Positions 1-13,455 of a stretch of DNA of 64,000 nt are shown here, in pieces (position 1 is the first letter of the stretch; every line of letters starts with the position of its first letter). The stretch covers positions 53,196,001 through 53,260,000 of the forward strand of contig OX597826.1 in assembly GCA_951406725.2 (NCBI GenBank), given 5' to 3'. The DNA comes from Octopus vulgaris (taxonomy: Eukaryota). Position numbers and translations under genes: made by a program. The notes under the pieces were generated by a model. The model did no database searches and had not been told where the DNA came from. It worked only from the letters and a program-made list of their open reading frames with translations.

Positions 1-1232
1 ATTGAACGCATAATGTCATACGGCTTGAAGAAGTAGACTGACTGTAGCACAAGTTCCAATGGTCTACCCTGTGGAATATTTTTGATGGATTCAAATTGAT
101 CAGGGCATTAGCGAAGCCATATCTAGTTCTTACACTCTCTACCATGTATGTGTACGAAATGTAAATTATATAGAAGAGAAAAAGTGTGTAACAGTTAAAA
201 AAAAATTTTTTTTTAAAGCATCTTAGCGAGGACAAACCAAAAACTTTCTTGAACTTTAGATAAAATGTTAAAACTTTATTCAGCTGAGTTAGACACTCGA
301 TGTATTCTAACTTGTCTCTTTGTGGTTGTTGTTCTTTCTTGGCAATGTCCTACACCTCGGCCAACTACTTGTATGCAGCTAGTTCAACGGAAATTGGCCA
401 AGACGAGTGAGAACAGGTTAGATGTTGACAAATATAATATTGATTTCTAACATTGTTACAAGGCCATACATTTTTGTGGGAAGGTACAATCAATTGTATC
501 GATCTTCAATACTTGGCCGGCGCGCCTTTTATCTCCCCTGGGGAGGCATTCAATTGAGCAAATGATTCCTTATATGTCCCAATGCTTTTTAACGCAGACA
601 CAAGACGACACATTTTGGGAATGGAACAGGAGAGGTGTGGACCATAATATCGCCCCCACTTCATGGCTTGTACTTAATCTTAAGTAAAGAAAGTTTCCAT
701 ATGACTCTGTGTCTGTGTTGTTGTTGGCTGGCTGAATCAAACGAGCACTGAACAAAATGCTTTGTGGCATTTCTTCCGTATCTTTACGTTTCGAGTACAA
801 ATCCCGGCGAGGTCAATCGTACTTTTTATTCTTTCAAGGTCTATAAAATGAATACCGGTCAAGTACTAGGGTCCATGTATTCGACTGGCACACTCCCTGT
901 AAAAATTACTGCCCTTGTGCCCAAGTTATTATTATCATTATTTGCTTAGCATAATTTTATTTGTTCTTATTTTCGGAGTTCAATTTCCGCCGGAGTCGAC
1001 TTTGCCTTTCATCCTTTCGAGGTCGATAACATAAGTATCTGTTGAGCACTGGGATCGATGTAGTCGACTAGCCCCTTCCCCGAAATTGCTGTGTGCCAGT
1101 CGAATACATGGACCCTAGTACTTGACTGGTATTCATTTTATAGACCTTGAAAGAATAAAAAAGTACGATTGACATCGCCGGGATTTGTACTCAAAACGCT
1201 CGCTTTGTGTCGAAATTTGAAACCATTATTAC

Positions 1233-1272
<40 letters not shown>

Positions 1273-1312
1273 GTTATTATTGTTGTTGTTGTTGTTGTTA
1301 TTATCATTATTA

Positions 1313-1798
<486 letters not shown>

Positions 1799-1966
1799 AT
1801 TATTATTATTATTGGCTTAGTGTTTAGGGTCTTGCACTCATGATCGCTAGACCGTGACTTCAATAATTCCTTGACCGGGTAGTGCGTTGCGTTCTTGAGC
1901 AAGACACTTCATCTCACGTTGCTCTGCAATCAATTCGACGCCTGATGCGTAGTACACAGTACACCT

Positions 1967-2388
1967 ATTTCTTTATTACCCACAAGGGGCTAAACACAGA
2001 GAGGACAAACAAGGACAGACAAACAGATTAAGTCGATAATATCGACCCCAGTGCGTAACTGGTACTTGATTTATCGACCCCGATAAATCAAAGGATGAAA
2101 GGCAAAGTCGACCTCGGCGGAATTTGATCTCAGAACGTAACGGTAGACGAAATACCTATTTCTTTATTACCCACAAGGGGCTAAACACAGAGGGGACAAA
2201 CAAGGACAGACATAGGTATTAAGTCGATTACATCGACCCCAGTGCGTAACTGGTACTTAATTTATCGACCCCGAAAGGATGAAAGGCAAAGTCGACCTCG
2301 GCGGAATTTGAACTCAGAACGTAACGGTAGTCGAAATACCGCTAAGTATTTCGCCCGACGTGCTAACGATTCTGCCAGCTCGCCACCT
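1967..2388 (-). mobile_element. SINE family B, dimeric, with 17 bp TSD
   Basis: Head GGTGGCGAGCTGGCAGAA, B box GAGTTCAAATTCC, Nin/Deu-like GCCTTTCATCCTTTCGGGGTCGATAAA; body present twice. TSD TAGTACACAGyACACCT at 1950-1966 and 2389-2405, inside another SINE (1815-2545). Confidence 0.9.
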
Positions 2389-2810
2389 TAGTACACAGCA
2401 CACCTGTTCAGACAACTTCGATGTGATGGAGTGAGTGAGCTAATGTGCGGCACGACCGTTTGGTCGCTATAAACAAATCATTTGTGTAGGTCGTTGGCGA
2501 TAGCTGAACGCTCATACGTCGTCTACGACGGGAGAGTCCATCATTATTATTTAACTCCACGTCAGTCCTGCACAAACAAACCTTGTGATGAAAAAAAGTT
2601 CAACCGTGATCATCTCACCTTTTCCCTACTTGCAGGGAACCAAGTTGACACAATCCCTCTTAAGCCTCTTTAAGACAGTAGAAAGAGATATGGAGGATAT
2701 ATGGCTGCTATCTCTAGCAGGCCGAACAATTCGGTAGATGCTCTTTCAACATAGATGAGATTCATTTTCCAGTAAACAGTGTTCCCTAAAACTGGTTTGG
2801 CAACTAGAAA

Positions 2811-3500
2811 TGTATGTATGTATGTATGTATGTATGTATGTATGTATGTATGTATGTATGTATGTATGTATGTATGTATGTGTGTATGTATGTGTGTATG
2901 TATGTATGTATGTATGTATGTATGTATGTATGTGTGTATGTATGTGTGTATGTATGTGTGTATGTATGTGTGTATGTATGTATGTATGTGTGTATGTATG
3001 TGTGTATGTATGTATGTATGTGTGTATGTATGTGTGTATGTATGTATGTATGTGTGTATGTATGTATGTGTGTATATATGTGTGTATGTATGTATGTGTG
3101 TATGTATGTATGTATGTGTGTGTATGTATGTGTGTGTATGTATGCGTGTATGTATGTATGCATGCATGCATGTATGTATGTATGTGTGTATGTATGCATG
3201 TATGTATGTATGTGTGTATGTATGTGTGTATGTATGTGTGTATGTATGTGTGTGTGTATGTATGCATGTATGTATGCATGTATGTATGTATGTGTATGTA
3301 TGTATGTATGTGTGTATGTATGTGTGAATGTACGTATGTATGTATGTATGTATGTATGTATGTATGTGCGTGTATGTATGTATGTATGTATGTATGTATG
3401 CATGCATGTATGTATGTGTGTATGAGTGTGTATGTGTGTATGTATGTATGTATGTATGTGTTGGTATATGAGCGTGTATGTGCATGTGTATACATACATC
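2811..3500. repeat. (TATG)n/(TG)n compound microsatellite
   Basis: Direct inspection. Confidence 0.97.
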
Positions 3501-3631
3501 AATCCCCATAGCTGCATACATGCAATATATACAATTGGGTGTACGCAGCCGTGTGTATATGTGTGCTTAAATAAATAACTTATCTATGCGTTATATATGA
3601 AATCTGTGTGTGTGTATATGTGTGTATGTGC

Positions 3632-3662
<31 letters not shown>

Positions 3663-4138
3663 TGCGTCTGTATGCATCTGTGCATATGTTTGTGTATAAG
3701 TGTGTCTGAGAGTAATGTGACATTACTTTTGAATGCATATATTGCATACATTATTTTTGTGTGTACTCAGCTGCAGTGTGTATACTTTGGAATTTGTATG
3801 TGCTTGTAATTAAGAATGTATAACCGAGCGGCGTTGATTGTGTGTGTGTGTGTGTGTTTGTGTGTTCTCTGGAATAGGCTTGTAAGTGAAAGTTATTATT
3901 AGGTAACATAATGAATATTTACTTTGCTATTAAAAATGAAGTGTTTAATCTGTGATGTTTGGAGTATTTTGGTACTGGAGCTATTTTGCCAGCAACCCAA
4001 GATTATATACACCAAATTCACAAAGCAATTCAATGACACAATGGCTGACGTTGCTTTTTCTTAATTGTATTATTGTTGCATATATTAGTATTATTCAGAA
4101 ACCGTCTTATTTTATTCTCCGAATGACACCAATGTATT

Positions 4139-4208
<70 letters not shown>

Positions 4209-4211
<3 letters not shown>

Positions 4212-4407
4212 CGCCATGATAGATCGTTAGCTCCTACACGCATTTTTTTCTCTCCTCGTTTTTTTCTGTGTATCTTTCTGTCGAAGAGCGTAGGCTCGAA
4301 ACATAAAAGACTTTTTCTATTTCTATTCCTGAGCGCTATACTAATACATTTGTTTGTTTGTACTCCACCTGCCTTCGTCTTTTGTTTATTTTCGTAAACT
4401 TTCCCGT

Positions 4408-4410
<3 letters not shown>
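4209..4410 (+). mobile_element. Short Penelope-like element with HHR variant (core CUGUCGA, 4273-4310)
   Basis: UCUUU-CUGUCGA-A-GAGC-GUAG-GCUC-GAAAC-AUA-AAAGA, flanked by (TA)n on both sides. Same family as 24389-24561 and 44549-44765. Confidence 0.65.
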
Positions 4411-4474
<64 letters not shown>

Positions 4475-4489
4475 GTAAAAAAATAAAAA

Positions 4490-4793
4490 AATATACAACC
4501 TGGTACAAGAACGTGAAACATTTAGAAGACGACACAAAAAACACGGACGGGACATTCGAAGCCCTCAATCGTCAGTCAAGAACCGGATCATCTTCGCAAT
4601 TTCGGCTGATTAATCTTGAGAATGCTCCGATCTGGGCAGCCCCCAAGGTGAAATCTAAGCCAAGCGCATTAGATTCCTTGGAAGAAAGCCGGACGGAAAA
4701 CGGACGATGTTACACGAATAAAAATACAAAAATACGTAAAAACAATAATGGTAAGGATAACAACAAAACCAGGACGTCAGGACAAGCGTCTTC
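4490..4793. repeat. Unclassified microsatellite-flanked dispersed repeat
   Basis: First ~120 bp shared with 54208-54331; both copies are bounded by TA/TG/CA tracts. Confidence 0.7.
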
Positions 4794-5228
4794 ATATATA
4801 TATATATATTTGATTGTTTATCTGTTTGTTTCTTTCATTCTTTCTCTCTTTGTCTATTTATTCATTCAGTATGTTACTCTCTCCGCTTGCAAATATCACT
4901 CACCTGCGTCCTAATATTCTGAAAATGAACCTTTTACTGAATTCATTTGCTTGTAAGCCAGTCAAATAATTGGTATGAGGAAAACACACACACACCTACA
5001 AAAGTGAAAGAAGAAACAAAAACGAGCTTTATTTTCCCATTCAAATGCTTCATGGTTCAGTTCCACTGCGTAGTACCTTGAGAGAGTGTCTTATACAATA
5101 TACCGGACAGACCAAAGCCTTGTGAGAGGATTTGTTCGACGGAAACTGAAAGAAGTGCATCGTATAGAATGCTTATGTGGAGTATGGTGTAAGCATTCTT
5201 CGCCTGGTTCTGGCTGGTGGCGTGTATA

Positions 5229-5614
5229 TCAATATCTATAAAGCTGAAATGCGAAAAAGTTGTTTGATTTCTTGGTTATTTGTCTCATTTTGGGATGGGA
5301 ACGGTTTAAGGGGCGGTAGATGGGGTCGGATTGGCGTCAAAATTTACACTTGGGTAAAATGGGCTGGACAATGGTGTGAGGAGGGTTGCAAGTCACTCAG
5401 GGCTATCGTTTGGTTGCCATGGTGAGGAATATGGGAAAAAGTGAGTGTTAAAGAAGATAAAGACGAAAGAAAAATTTAAAAAGAAGAAAAAGAAGAGGGC
5501 AATAAAAAGAACTAGGCAAAGAAGACGAACAAAAGAAGAAAGGGAAACGGAGACAACACGCACAAAACAACACTACCACCAAAACCCGAGCGATGCACGG
5601 GTCAAAATAGCTAG
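5229..5614 (+). mobile_element. Non-autonomous Helitron 1
   Basis: 5' A|TCAATATCTATAAAGCTG; 3' hairpin CCCGAGCGATGCACGGG followed by TCAAAATAGCTAG. Confidence 0.7.
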
Positions 5615-6104
5615 TCTATAATAATAAAAGTGAAATTCTGTCTGTCCGGGACCCCTGAATCTCAGACTGCATTTGCTCTACATAGACATATTATACCATT
5701 TTGGAATCAGGATGATCACAGGATTGAAAATCAGCCCTTCATTTGGTTCTTGAATATCCAGCATTGAAATCTGGTTTTAAATCATTTGGATTGCTATTTC
5801 TAACAGGTAGAGCTTGGGTGATTCATGTCATCTTGGTTGGCGTTTGTCAGATGACGTCAGAGATCAAGGGGGAGATAAATTACATCCACTTCGTTAATTT
5901 TACATCGAGTTAAGAACTTTGGGACAAATTGGCCAACAACAGGAATTCAACTTGGAATTGCATTACAGAATTAATTCTCACCTGTCCTTAACCTCTGATC
6001 AAACATCGTTATAGACGTAATATAGTCATGCTGTTTAGTTCTCTTTAGTTCTGGACCGCAGGAGCCTGCTTAAAAGTCCGCACGAAGTGCGGCTTTTAAA
6101 CTAG
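5615..6104 (+). mobile_element. Non-autonomous Helitron 2
   Basis: 5' TCTATAATAATAAAAG..TCTGTCTGTCC; 3' hairpin CCGCACGAAGTGCGG followed by CTTTTAAACTAG|T. Confidence 0.8.
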
Positions 6105-6547
6105 TTATAAACTGACGAACGTTCAACGTTATTAATTGATGTGTGTCTGTGTGTGTGAAAATGTTCTGGGGGTTGATTCACTCAACTATAACATTGAAGG
6201 CGGTGCCCCAGCATGACTGCAGCCCACTAACTGAAACAAGTAGAAGATGATCTATCACATGACTCTATTTTACACCGCTCTTCTCTCAGACTGCCACTAA
6301 GCATTGGTGTAAAGCACAGCTTTAAATGACTATCTAAATGTACGGCATCTTCTTTTTTTACCAATCTGCTTCAGAACGTTCTTGGTTTTATAACACAAAC
6401 TTATTTTAAATTAATCGAAGGTAGATTTATGGAAATATATTGCAATTATCAAGATTTTACGAGATTCATTGTAAACCTTTGTTGTTTTGGCTAAGTGAAA
6501 ATAAGAGAAAATTTTAATTGCTCTTTGTTAGACTAACTACAATTATT

Positions 6548-7297
6548 GGCGGCACGTTGGCAGAATCGTTAGCACACCAGGCAAAATGCTCAGTGTCATT
6601 TCGGCCATCTTTACGTTTCGAGTTGAAATTCCGCCGAGGTCGACTTTGTCTTTCATCCTTTCGGGAGTCGATAAAACAAGTCCCATTTGGGCGCTGGGGG
6701 ATCGACATAATCGACTTTCCCTCTCCGCCGAAATTTCAGGTCTTGTACCTGTTGTAGAAAGGGTTATTATTATAATTATAATTATTGGGGGCGAGCTGAG
6801 TGAATAGTTAGCACGCTGGGCAAAATGTTCCAGTGCATTTCTTCCTGTTTTAGGGTCTGAGCTTAAATTTCGCCGAGGTTGACTTTACCTTTTTATCATT
6901 TCGGGGTCAATGAAATAAGTATCAGTTGAACCCTGGAGTTGATGTAATCGACCATCCCCATCCCCAAAATGTCTCAGGTCATGTGCCTACAGGAGAAAGA
7001 ATTATTATTGTAATTATTGATGAGTCAGCAAGCTGTCGGAATCATTAACGTGTCGAACAAAATTTGTTCTAAAGTATCTTCCTGAGTTCAAATTCCGCTG
7101 AGGTCGACATTGCCTTTCATCCTTTCGAGGTTGATAAAATATTCTTTTCTACTCTAGGCACAAGACCCCAGTACTCAACTGGTACTTAATTTCTCGACCC
7201 CGAAAGGATGAAAGGCAAAGTCGACATCGGCGGAATTTGAACTCAGGACGTAAAGACAGACGAAACACCGCTAACGTTTCTGCTAGCTCATCGCCTT
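6548..7297. mobile_element. Cluster of family B SINEs (three +, one -)
   Basis: Heads at ~6548, 6788 and 7025, separated by (ATT)n; reverse copy at 7165-7297. Confidence 0.85.
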
Positions 7298-7737
7298 ATA
7301 ATGAGAATTCTATTATGATACTGAAAGATTTGTTTTTCTCAAAAAACTTTCATTTGCTCATATTTCTGTCCCTCCTCATTTCGCGATCTTTTCCTTCCTT
7401 CCCATTTGAGATAATCATAGTTTTTCCAAAAGTACGCCGGGTTTTGCTGAATGGGCTCTGATTTTTCCTCACTGCTATGACGCTACTTATACGCTCTTTC
7501 TGCACTGTCACCACACTGCCTCATAGACTCCGCTTCTTTTAATGCGACATACGACATACGTACGTTTCTCTGAACTGCCTAAATGCATACTCGCACCGCT
7601 GTCCACATTTCTTCCTGTTACACATTAATAACATCTCACCTCTAGATACTCCACTGTCTATTTCACTCACTCACTCCTTTCCTCTCTAGAATACCTTCTT
7701 CATTCCTTACGTTTTTCCTTCTCTGAATATTGACTTA

Positions 7738-8125
7738 GTGGAGGCGCAATGGCCCAGTGGTTAGGGCAGCGGACTCGCGGTCATAGGATCGCGGTTTCGA
7801 TTCCCAGACCGGGCGTTGTGAGTGTTTATTGAGCGAAAACACCTAAAAGCTCCACGAGGCTCCGGCAGGGGATGGTGGTGATCCCTGCTGTACTCTTTCA
7901 CCACAACTTTCTCACTCTTACTTCCTGTTCCTGTTGTACCTGTACTTCAAAGGGCTGGCCTTGTCATTCTCTGTGTCACGCTGAATATCCCCGAGAACTA
8001 CGTTAATGGTACACGTGTCTGTGGAGTGCTCAGCCACTTACACGTTAATTTCACGAGCAGGCTGTTCCGTTGATTCGAATCAACCGGAACCCTCGTCGTC
8101 GTAACCGTCGGAGTGCTTCCACCAC
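7738..8125 (+). mobile_element. SINE family C (tRNA-Arg-like head) with tail type 1
   Basis: TGGCCCAGTGG A box and GTTTCGATTCCC B box; 11 bp TSD ATATTGACTTA at 7727-7737 and 8126-8136. Confidence 0.92.
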
Positions 8126-8765
8126 ATATTGACTTACAACTGTTCAATCAAAACTGGACACCGACCGCACGTATTTCAACCATGATGGACATCCGTTCAA
8201 ATATCTTAACACTTTACCACTCTACCACGTCTCTTTCACTAATTAATCATTGGAAAATACGAAAGAAATATTTATAAAACAACACATAATCCTGCCACGC
8301 CTGGCTAATTAATGGAGCAATAAAAATAAATTAGTCAGTATATAAAATTGAAATTATTCATTAAAGTAAAAGTTGGTTGCTTGAAATTAATCTGGGGTAG
8401 GGTTATTTGGATATTTTGATAGTCATTACATCAAAGTTCATTAAAAATAATAAAAACATTGAGAAACTGTGTATAACAGCTGTCTACGAATCATTTCATC
8501 TTTGACTTTTCTTTCTTCCGCTCTTCTTTCATGTCCTTCTTTCTTTTCACTTCTCTCTCCTCTGTCTTTCCTTCATCGTCTCTCACTCTCCTTCTCCATC
8601 TCATTCTCTCATTCTACTTCCCTCTCACCACCTCTCTCTCCAATCTCTTCCTGCATCTCTATCCATCTCTTTCTCCATCTCTCTCTCCTTCTCTCTCTTT
8701 CTGTCCTTCCCTCCCCCATTTCTTTCTCTCTGTCTGTCTCTCCGTCTCTGTCTGTCTGTCTCTCC

Positions 8766-8876
<111 letters not shown>

Positions 8877-9020
8877 ATATTTGATATTAACCGTCATTAT
8901 TTCCCTTTCATTTCTGCCCTTTTTATTCCTATACGAACATACTGCCTCTTCGCATACATACATACATACAGACACATAAAAACAAACACATACATACACA
9001 CACATAAAGGAACATACACT

Positions 9021-9054
<34 letters not shown>

Positions 9055-9270
9055 TAATTATGTGTGCATATATGTTTGTGCCTGTATGTGTATGTGTATG
9101 TGTATGCATGTGTATGCATGGGTATGGGTATGTGTGTGTGTGTGTGTGTAAATGCCATCGTCTTTCTGTTGTTTTCTTCTTCACTTACCGTTTATTAATA
9201 TAAGCTTTCTTCTCTCAGTTTCTCTCGCTCCGCCTAATTACCAACACATTTTTCTTCCCCCCACTTTATT

Positions 9271-9484
9271 TACTCTTTACTCTTTAACTTGTTTCAGTCA
9301 TTTGACTGCGGCCATGCTGGAGCACCGCCTTTAATCGAGCAAATCGACCCCGGGACTTATTCTTCTGTAAACCCAGTACTTATTCTATCGGTCTCTTTTG
9401 CCGAACCGCTAAGTGACGGGGACATAAACACACAAGCATCGGTTGTCAAGCGATGTTGGGGGCGGGGACAAACATACACGCACG

Positions 9485-9555
<71 letters not shown>

Positions 9556-9860
9556 GGTGTCCCAAAAAAATGTATACACATAGTGGTTCGGCAAAAGAGA
9601 ACGATAGAATAAGTACTAGGCTTACAAAGAATAACAAATTTACAATTATTTAAGGTGTGTATACATATTTTGGGACACCCTGTATATATACATATATACG
9701 ACGGGCTTCTTTCAGTTTCCGTCTGCCAAATCCACTCACAAGGCTTTGGTCAGCCCGAGGCTATAGTGGAAGACACTTGATCAAGGTGCCACGCAGTGAG
9801 ACTGAACCCTGAACCATGTGGTTGTAAGCAAGCTACTTACCACACAGCCACTCCTGCGCC
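9271..9860 (-). mobile_element. SINE family A, interrupted by a MITE
   Basis: Full-length reverse copy. Confidence 0.9.
9553..9682. mobile_element. Tc1/mariner-type MITE
   Basis: TA|CAGGGTGTCCCAAAA..TGTATACACA ... TGTGTATACA..TTTTGGGACACCCTG|TA, inside the (TA)n of a SINE. Confidence 0.85.
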
Positions 9861-10399
9861 TATTTATTTATTTATTTATTTATTTCTGTGTCTGTCTCTC
9901 TCTTTCTCCCTCTCTCCCCCTCTCTCTCTTTCTCCCTCTCTCCCCCTCCCTGCCTCTCTCTTCGCTCATTCTCCTTTCTCTTCCTATACCTCTCTGTACA
10001 CACACGCGCGTACACGCACACATTGAAGCATACACATACGCGCACACACATACACACACACACACGCACACACATTTGTTTTTAATGTAGTTATCAATAA
10101 AAGCAATTTAGCATAATACTGAAAAGCCACTCAATATTTTTTAGTGGAGTACATTTTTTATTAATTTTACAAAGAAAAAATTAACAGTAACTTTGAAGTA
10201 CGGAGTTAGCATACCCATGAGTTCGACGACGGCTGGTAAACCGAAACTTTGAAGTCACTATCAACCTTTCCTTCGTAAAAATTTATAAATATGTACTCTA
10301 CCAAACAGTAAATACACGCACACACACACACATAATATATATATACACACACCCACACACACACATGATATACACAAACAGGCCGATCTACCACAAATA

Positions 10400-10410
10400 T
10401 CTATCTATCG

Positions 10411-10463
<53 letters not shown>

Positions 10464-10756
10464 ACTAGCTAGCTGCCTGTCTGTCTGCCTGTCTGTCTTC
10501 CTGTCTGTCTACCTGCCTGCCTGTCTGCCAGCCTGTCTGTCTCCCTGTCCGTCTGCCTGCCTGTCTGTCTGCCTGCCAGCCTGCCTGTCTGTCTACCTGT
10601 CCGTCTACCTGTCTGCCTGACTGCCTGACTGCCTGCCTGTCTGCCTGCCTGCCTGTCTGTCTGCCTGTCTGTCTGTCTGCCAGCCTGTCTGTCTGTCTGC
10701 CTGTCTGTCTGCCTGTCTGTCTGCCTATCTGTCTGTCTGCCCGTCTGTGTGTGTAT

Positions 10757-10820
<64 letters not shown>

Positions 10821-10822
10821 GT
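10400..10822. repeat. Compound (ATCT)n-(GTCT/GCCT)n-(GT)n microsatellite
   Basis: Direct inspection. Confidence 0.95.
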
Positions 10823-11731
10823 GTAAACCTTGAAAGCCCCCATCAGACCCTCTCTGGTTGATAAGGTTCTATTCAATTAACGATGACTTCGAACTTCTGT
10901 TTCTGAATGCATAAGAGATTAGGAAACATGAACTCAAGAGGGAATTCTATGTAGCTATAGACTGGAAGGAAGGAAAGAAGGAAGGAAGGAAGGAAGGAAG
11001 GATTGATGGGAGACGTATTAAAGACGACAAAAAGAAGTAATTATGAGGAACATGATGAGAAATTAATATGAAAACGATGGGAGATCAATGAAGGTGATAT
11101 GCGATTTTCTATCTCAGCTGAAGTTTTGAGACATTCTAGTACAGCCGCTTTGGCGCAGACTGTGGGGCGTCACTGATTCGGCATGACTTAGCGCTACCTC
11201 GCCACCAATCATTTGTGGCCGCTGAGATGGTAACTAAAACCACTTCCTTGTTTCTTCATGCTAAACACACGTGAAAACAAATATTTTATTCGTGTTCCCC
11301 AAATAGATTTACTTACGTAATATTTACCTAAGTGTGAATATGATATATGTGGCTGTTTCTCAGGAAAATTGAGCCCGCGATAATAGATTAGGACATCCCT
11401 GTTTGTGAGTTTTGGTGCTGTATTGTTCAATATTTACATATTTAGAGCTGTTTTGTGGTAGTTTGAACCGAGTAAAAGGAAACCTTTATTTCATATTTTT
11501 TTCATTGTTTCAGTCATTAGACTACGGCGATGCTGGGGCACCCCCTCCAATGGTCTTTTTTTTTGTCGAAGAAATCGATTCCAGTGTTTATTTTCTAAGT
11601 CTAGTACTTATTCTATTGGTCTCTCCTGCGGAACTGGCAAGTTATGACGACGCAAACAAACCAACTCCGGTTGGCAAGCGGTGGTGATGGGAGGAACAAG
11701 CACGATCACAAAGATACACACACGCTTAAAT

Positions 11732-11786
<55 letters not shown>

Positions 11787-12559
11787 AAGGGCATCTACAC
11801 AGTTTCCGTCTACCAAATTCACTCAAACAGCACTGGTCCATCAAGGGCTATAATAGAAGATCTTGCCCAAGATGCTGCGCTGGAGCACTGAACTGAAACC
11901 ACGTGATTGTTCCTCCCAAAGCAAGTGTCTTAACCACACACCCACTTTCGTTTTCCACCTTTAAAAATTTGGAAAAGGCATGAACGCCACAGCTGCCAAC
12001 TCGCTCCATATATCTGTAAGAAGCAACAACAAAAATACCCCGCATGTATGATCGTGTCATGACGTCATTTATACGTAATTATGTGCAGTTGAATGTAGTT
12101 ATACATATGTAATTATGTGTTGGGTGTAAATGTGATTATATTTGTAAGTGTATATATGTAATTATGTGTATGTTCATATAATTATATACATTTTAGCTAT
12201 TTGGTAGTTTGGTTTATTATGTGTATGTAATTTTGTATGATCTATATATAATTATGTAGTGGGTGTATGAAATTGTCCGCGGCGTGTATATAAATGTCTC
12301 TATGTACATGTAATTAGGAGTGGTATTGTTTTACGGGTTTTGTTTCTGAGCCGCGACCATGCTAGAGCACCGCCTTCATGGATTGTAGTGGACCGTATTG
12401 GCTTTAGTATTTATTTTCAGCTTGGTAAATATGTTGTCAATCTCTATCTATTCGATCACTTTAGAACGGACCTGGACGCAAATGGGGACAAATTAACACA
12501 AATGACATCTGTTCACACCAACAATCACACACATGCGCATACACACATGCACACACGCA

Positions 12560-12592
<33 letters not shown>

Positions 12593-12664
12593 TTACATGG
12601 ATGCATACATTACACACACACACAGGTTTGTCAATGCAAACAAAAAAAAACAGAACTGAAAACT

Positions 12665-12714
<50 letters not shown>

Positions 12715-12865
12715 CAATTAATAATCTGCAGAAGTTACAGAGTTAAAGAGTGACTCAAGGATCGAAGTTTGATGTCAACGCACGAAGCCCCTGTCCCCCG
12801 AGTCACTCCGAAACTTCTGCCGATTATTTATAAAAAATGTATACATACATACATGTGCGCTCACG

Positions 12866-12898
<33 letters not shown>

Positions 12899-12909
12899 CG
12901 CCATCCAAA

Positions 12910-13455
12910 ATGGGTTACAGAGATCGAAGACAGCATATTAAGCGTTTAATCGCGCCTAAGCATTGGATGCTGGCAAATTTCGAAGGTGTCTTTTCACCCC
13001 GACCCAGCACCGGATCCCACAAACTGAGCGAGTGTCTGCCTTTGATAACTTTCCTCAGAAATCGTCTGAAGTATGCACTCACTTCGGATGAAGTGAAGAA
13101 GATTGTGAAACAGAGGTTGATAAGAGTTGATGGATTAGTGAGAACAGATCACACATACCCAGCTGGTTTCATGGATGTCATCACCATTGAAAAGACTGAT
13201 CAATATTTCCGTTTGATTTATAATGCAAAAGGTAGGTTTTTTGTGCAAAGTATTAAAGCTGATGAAGTACAGTATAAACTGTGTCGCGTAAAGAAAGTAC
13301 AAACTGGTATGAAGAGCATTCCATTTCTAGTAGCACATGATGGTCGTACAGTCCGCTACCCTGATCCTCTCATCAAAGTTAGTGACAATGTCTTGTTAGA
13401 TATTGCTACTAGCTAGATCTAAGAGCTTATCAAACTTGACTCCGGTAACCTATGT
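12910..13455 (+). pseudogene. RPS4: 40S ribosomal protein S4 (eS4) processed pseudogene, 3'-truncated
   Basis: Translation [68 protein letters not shown] matches eS4. It has no introns. In-frame stops TAG (13414) and TAA (13420) are followed by further homology (ELIKLDSGNLC), which ends in (TA)n. About 182 of ~263 codons are present. Confidence 0.95.

Noticed and set aside
2670-3521. Long ORFs such as (HTYI)n, (MYVC)n and (YI)n here and at 28267-28944, 30051-33306, 38124-38549 and 47109-47704
   Set aside because: Stop-free translations of microsatellites with no protein signal.
7740-7815. tRNA genes at SINE heads (also 17797, 21086, 34935)
   Set aside because: No complete acceptor stem; they continue into SINE bodies, several with TSDs.
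10218-10260. HHR-like UCGACGA-CGG..CC-GAAAC-UUU (related 38000-38036 minus; also 29675-29715 and 28205-28225)
   Set aside because: Cores or stems are too degenerate to call, although they may be decayed PLE termini.
12769-13416. 215 aa ORF as a functional RPS4 gene
   Set aside because: The N-terminal extension runs through microsatellite, there are premature stops, the C-terminal third is missing, and conserved residues are substituted.
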